DNA from: the human T2T-CHM13v2.0 reference genome, Homo sapiens
Direction: 5' to 3' (one strand)
Assembly: GCF_009914755.1 (NCBI RefSeq)
Contig: NC_060936.1
DNA: 64,000 nt
Both the position numbers and the translations under genes were made by a program. The notes under the pieces are model-generated. The model was not told where the DNA came from and searched no databases. It saw only the letters and a list, made by a program, of their open reading frames with translations. This document shows positions 60,275 through 64,000 of this stretch, piece by piece; within the stretch, counting starts at the first letter, position 1; the number at the start of each line of letters is the position of its first letter.

Positions 60275-60779
60275 GTAAAGACTTTGGAGTATTTGTATTT
60301 ATTGTTGTTCTTTGATCGATTTCTTAGAGAAAAATTTTTAATGAGCTTTTTATTTGAAAATAAATTTAAATTACAGAAAATTATCATAGATAATGCAGAG
60401 AATCTTTTTAATGTGGAATGTGGGTTTAAATTTCCTTTGAGGCTGTAATATTTCAAGAAAACAGAGTTTGTTCTTGGATTTGGACTTGTAAACTCTTGAG
60501 ACCAAAATTTCTAAAGTCTTTCCCTTCTGAGAGACTAACCTCAGGGTTCTAGGTCTCTGGAGAGGAGACTTGCAATAATAGCTCTGGTTTTGAAAAGGTT
60601 TTCCCTTTGAAAAGGGCATAGTCTGTATGCCATTAGTGTACTGATTTCTACAATGTAGAAATCACCAAGATGTCATATTTTAGTTTAGAGATAAAAATTC
60701 AAAATTGTCTTTCTTCCTTCTTGTTCTTTCTTGTTTTCTCCTCTTCTTTCTTCTCCCTTTCTCTTTTGATTTTCAGTAG

Positions 60780-60812
60780 GAACCACCACTACAGCACCAG
60801 AAAGCAGGACAG
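60780..60812 (+). CDS. MUC19: MUC19 33/36-nt micro-exon: (G)TTTTAPESRT
   Basis: ttcagtag| NAGNAG...CAG|gtaaac. Confidence 0.7.
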
Positions 60813-61081
60813 GTAAACTTGGGGAAAGCCTTTCATATGACCTTCAACTTTGAACAAATCTTGGTAATAATATTCGGGGCAGGAATATTAGCCACTGCGT
60901 TACCCTTGGCTTTGCAAAAGCACACAATAAACCGGAAGCCTGTTAGTCCTCATGTCAGTTATAATTTCAGGAAGTGTGCTTTCTTGCTTCAAAGTCACAA
61001 ATAGACATACTGTTGGCCACATTTTTCCAAGGGTCATGAAAGAGTTCCCATATCCATCTTTCTCTTTTCTTTTCTACCTTG

Positions 61082-61135
61082 GCACAGCTGGAGTGCCCTC
61101 TGGTACAAGAGTCACCCCTGGGAGCTCCAACTCAG
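61082..61135 (+). pseudogene. Family-A'' exon with acceptor AG>TG; in-frame cryptic acceptor at 61088 possible
   Basis: taccttg|GC versus tacctag|GC at 56440. Confidence 0.65.
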
Positions 61136-61272
61136 GTAAAGCACCAGGCTGGGAGGAACCACTGCTTGGAAAGTGCTCCTCAGTGAGGTGTCTGCCTGGG
61201 TGACCCTACCGTACTCTTCTCAGATTCTTCTAATCTTTGCCCTCACTGCCATTCTTTTTCCCTGTTTTGCAG

Positions 61273-61326
61273 AGGCCACAACTTCTGTAGAAGAAAGCAG
61301 AATAACAAGAGCCGAAGTAATCACAG
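61273..61326 (+). CDS. MUC19: MUC19 54-nt exon B'': (E)ATTSVEESRITRAEVIT
   Basis: ttgcag|AG...CAG|gtgagt. Confidence 0.85.
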
Positions 61327-61829
61327 GTGAGTTCTGTTAAGGAACTAAGTGTACTTTGTTATAATTTCCCATGTCTTTCTTGAAATATGACAAAAGTTTT
61401 TGAATTTTCCATATTTGGCATATTAGGCAAAAATTTAACAGATGTTCAAAATTTAACATCAATAAATATAGGTCAGACACTTCAACATTTTCTCCTTGTT
61501 TCTTGTGCCTTGGCTCTAAAATCCCTTTATCAGGATATCATGGGGCCCATTCCCTGACAGCTATATATGTGACTTGGGCCCAAATCTATCTTTCTGTATC
61601 TAAACCCTAAAAAATGGAACTTGCTGGTAGAGGACTTTCTCTGTAAACTTGCTGAGGGAATTATAGTTTATATAATGAATAATATATGGATTAAGTACTA
61701 AAATACAAACTGCAGAGAAATAAATTTTCTGTTGTATTGAAGAAAAAAGTTTTTTTTCTTTAAGAGCCTATGCTTATATCATAAGGGGCAACAAATTGAC
61801 CAACTGTCCATAATCCTTTCCTATTTGGG

Positions 61830-61883
61830 GTACTACTGAGGGCATTTCTGGCAGAACTCTGAAAGATGGAAGTGTCCACACAG
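61830..61883 (+). pseudogene. Dead family-C exon (acceptor cag>ggg)
   Basis: atttggg|GTACTACT versus atttcag|GTACTACT at 52898. Confidence 0.7.
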
Positions 61884-61978
61884 GTCAGGCATTCAGAACA
61901 TGGCCCTTGGCCAATAAGCTTATGGGACCCCAGAATGTCCTGTGCAGTCTTCATACCTCCAATTCCTTTCTCTCTCAG

Positions 61979-62032
61979 AGGCCACAACTTTCTCAGGAGG
62001 CAGCGGGGCCACCCGAGCAGGATTACCCAGAG
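61979..62032 (+). CDS. MUC19: MUC19 54-nt exon D: (E)[17 protein letters not shown]
   Basis: ctcag|AG...GAG|gtgagc. Confidence 0.85.
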
Positions 62033-62499
62033 GTGAGCTTGGCAGACTGAGACCTGGGGCTCTCATCATCTCTCTATCAGGGTGGGTACAGGGAACAAAT
62101 AATGTGAACGCATTTGAAGGAAGGGCCTGCATTTTCTCCTCAGCCATATTGTGTCATATCAACCTTGGTCAGATATTAGACTTGTAAATTTCATGACTTG
62201 GATTGTCAGCCAAGCTGTCTGCACTATTCTAGTTTATGGAGACATTATTTTTTTCTGATTAAACATATTAGAAAATATTTCATATATTCCAACCTTCCAG
62301 GACTTCCTATTCCCTTACCCAGCCTTTCCACTCACAGCTTGATACTTTTTATCATTTTTCTCATATACTTACACATGATGTTTGTTTCCTCTCTCCCCTC
62401 ACTAGAAAGCTTCAGGAAGACAACTGATTATTAAAATGCCCCAAGTTGTATCACACAGTCCTACTTATAAATATAAACAATGATTTATATCTCCTGTAG

Positions 62500-62544
62500 G
62501 TACCTCTGTCACACCAGAGGGATATGTTCCTGGAAAGGAAACAG
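62500..62544 (+). CDS. MUC19: MUC19 45-nt exon F: (G)TSVTPEGYVPGKET
   Basis: ctgtag|GT...CAG|gtcagg. Confidence 0.75.
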
Positions 62545-62801
62545 GTCAGGGTGATTTAAAGCCCTATTCCCCGCTTGCCTCAGTGAAAGGGTATCCCGGC
62601 AGCAACCTATCCATCGTGCGGGCCTGGAAAATGAAATGATAGGAAGGTGATCATTTTCCATTCTCTACAGAAACAGTGTCCACATGAGAGGGCTTCCAGT
62701 GCTTTAGGGCTACATTGATGCTTCCAAGTTTAATTGGAGACAAAATGCTCTGTTGCTTTATTTCCTTCCCCCCAACTTTTTTTTTTTTTTTGGCATTTTA
62801 G

Positions 62802-62855
62802 GTACCACTGGAGAATTTTCTGGAACGAACTTTATATCTGGAAGTTCTAACACAG
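62802..62855 (+). CDS. MUC19: MUC19 54-nt exon G: (G)TTGEFSGTNFISGSSNT
   Basis: ttttag|GT...CAG|gtagct. Confidence 0.8.
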
Positions 62856-62996
62856 GTAGCTTAACAAGAAGTAAATTTTTATTTAATGTCAGCTGTCATA
62901 TTTCTTTTATGGCTTCTATGGTAAAGTAATATCCCAATATCTTCTTCCAGTATTCTAAATTCCCAGCCTTTTTCATTCTCCTCTTTCTTCCATCAG

Positions 62997-63050
62997 AGGC
63001 CACCACTTCCACAGAAGGGACAGGTACTTCTGGAACTGGATTCAAAATTG
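62997..63050 (+). CDS. MUC19: MUC19 54-nt exon H: (E)ATTSTEGTGTSGTGFKI
   Basis: atcag|AG...TTG|gtgaga. Confidence 0.85.
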
Positions 63051-63460
63051 GTGAGAAGAAGCAACCCATGATGTGGCATCATAATTATTAGGTCTCTCAA
63101 GCTTTTCTTGAGAGAGTTTGTGTTTATTTTATTTAGGGACAATGCAAGTGATTCAAAATAGATTTGCTGGTGGAGATACTTTTTTTAAAATCTACTAATT
63201 TTAAAATGGAGCATTACTGTTCCATTTCCGAGGATGGGATGGAATTTCTCCATTTGTGTTACAACTATTGCTAGCAGTTTAGGTGGAATTCAGAAAGTTT
63301 TCAGTGTGTGTATGTGAAACAGAAAAGAGCCCCATGGACCCAGGACACATGCATTTATAAGTGTATATGTGAACAAAAATGCCGGCTCAGTATTTTCTTT
63401 CTTATGTCTCAAGTTTTAATACATTTAAACCCTTTTTTCCCTCTTCTTTCTACCTCACAG

Positions 63461-63493
63461 CAGGCATCACTTCTGCCCCAGGGAAACAAGCAG
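63461..63493 (+). CDS. MUC19: MUC19 33/30-nt micro-exon I: (A)GITSAPGKQA
   Basis: cacag|CAG...CAG|gtgagc. Confidence 0.75.
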
Positions 63494-63762
63494 GTGAGCA
63501 TTGGGGAAATGTATCTAGTTTTGCTTTTATCAAATTTCCAGGTGTGCCTGAAGTTGGGAACAATTTCTATGTGCTTTGGTTTGAATTGTTGAAAGCAAGC
63601 AAATACATGTAGTTCACCATCTGCCTCATGCTCAGTGAGAGATTTCTGTGGTGGCATATAAATAAATAAATATATACATACATAGAGCATATTCCTTTTA
63701 GATTCAGTTCTTCATTTGATTTACTCATTTACCATGATCACCTCAGTCTCTTTGTGTTTCAG

Positions 63763-63816
63763 GCACCTCTGGGGTATCTCTTGCCACAACAGTTGCCCCT
63801 GGAAGCTTCAGCACAG
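63763..63816 (+). CDS. MUC19: MUC19 54-nt exon A': (G)TSGVSLATTVAPGSFST
   Basis: tttcag|GC...CAG|gtgagt. Confidence 0.85.
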
Positions 63817-63962
63817 GTGAGTCCACAGTGTGGTGGGGAATCCTTTCATGGGTACTTGCTGTGATAATATGATTTTCCTTTTGGTGATTTTATGCAGAAT
63901 AACCACCTTTCCATTTTAAGTCCCCTAAATCTTTTCTATTTATGTTCTTCCTCTCTTCGCAG

Positions 63963-64000
63963 CCACAACTTCTTCTGGAGCAAGTGGAATAACTAGGGCT
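63963..64000 (+). CDS. MUC19: MUC19 exon B', truncated by the window end: (A)TTSSGASGITRA
   Basis: ttcgcag|CC; paralog of 54719/59294. Confidence 0.7.

Larger units (their letters stand above)
53130..64000 (+). repeat. Tandem segmental duplication of a ~4.6-kb module (two full copies plus the start of a third)
   Basis: Exons 54522/59097/63763 (offsets 4575, 4666) with near-identical introns. Confidence 0.9.

Overview
Primate genomic DNA, most likely human (AluJ/S, THE1/MST LTRs, L1, L2, MIR, MADE1). The whole window lies inside the central Ser/Thr/Gly-rich (PTS) coding region of the gel-forming mucin gene MUC19 on the + strand; neither the start nor the end of the gene is in view. Five short exons (0.9-3.7 kb) precede a giant ~13.7-kb exon (7127-20809). 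That exon consists of a degenerate and then a homogeneous 30-bp/10-aa tandem repeat (consensus [10 protein letters not shown]) and carries one in-frame TAA at 17023-17025, consistent with MUC19's gene/pseudogene status. Downstream is an array of ~75 intact short exons, mostly exactly 54 nt and all phase 1-1 symmetric, plus ~17 dead or frameshifted copies. They sit in tandemly duplicated ~3-kb and ~4.6-kb intron-containing modules. Main points: (i) a frame-safe, potentially combinatorial micro-exon cassette undergoing birth-and-death; (ii) skipping the giant exon would bypass the stop in frame; (iii) an intact-looking 55-nt frameshifting exon; (iv) a templated fold-back palindrome and an L1 patch that deleted an exon, both readable by comparing paralogous modules; (v) an Ig-switch-like AGCTGGGGTGA motif in the VNTR. 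Exon boundaries were inferred by eye from splice signals, frame and paralogy, not from transcripts. The long minus-strand ORFs are shadow frames of the repeat.
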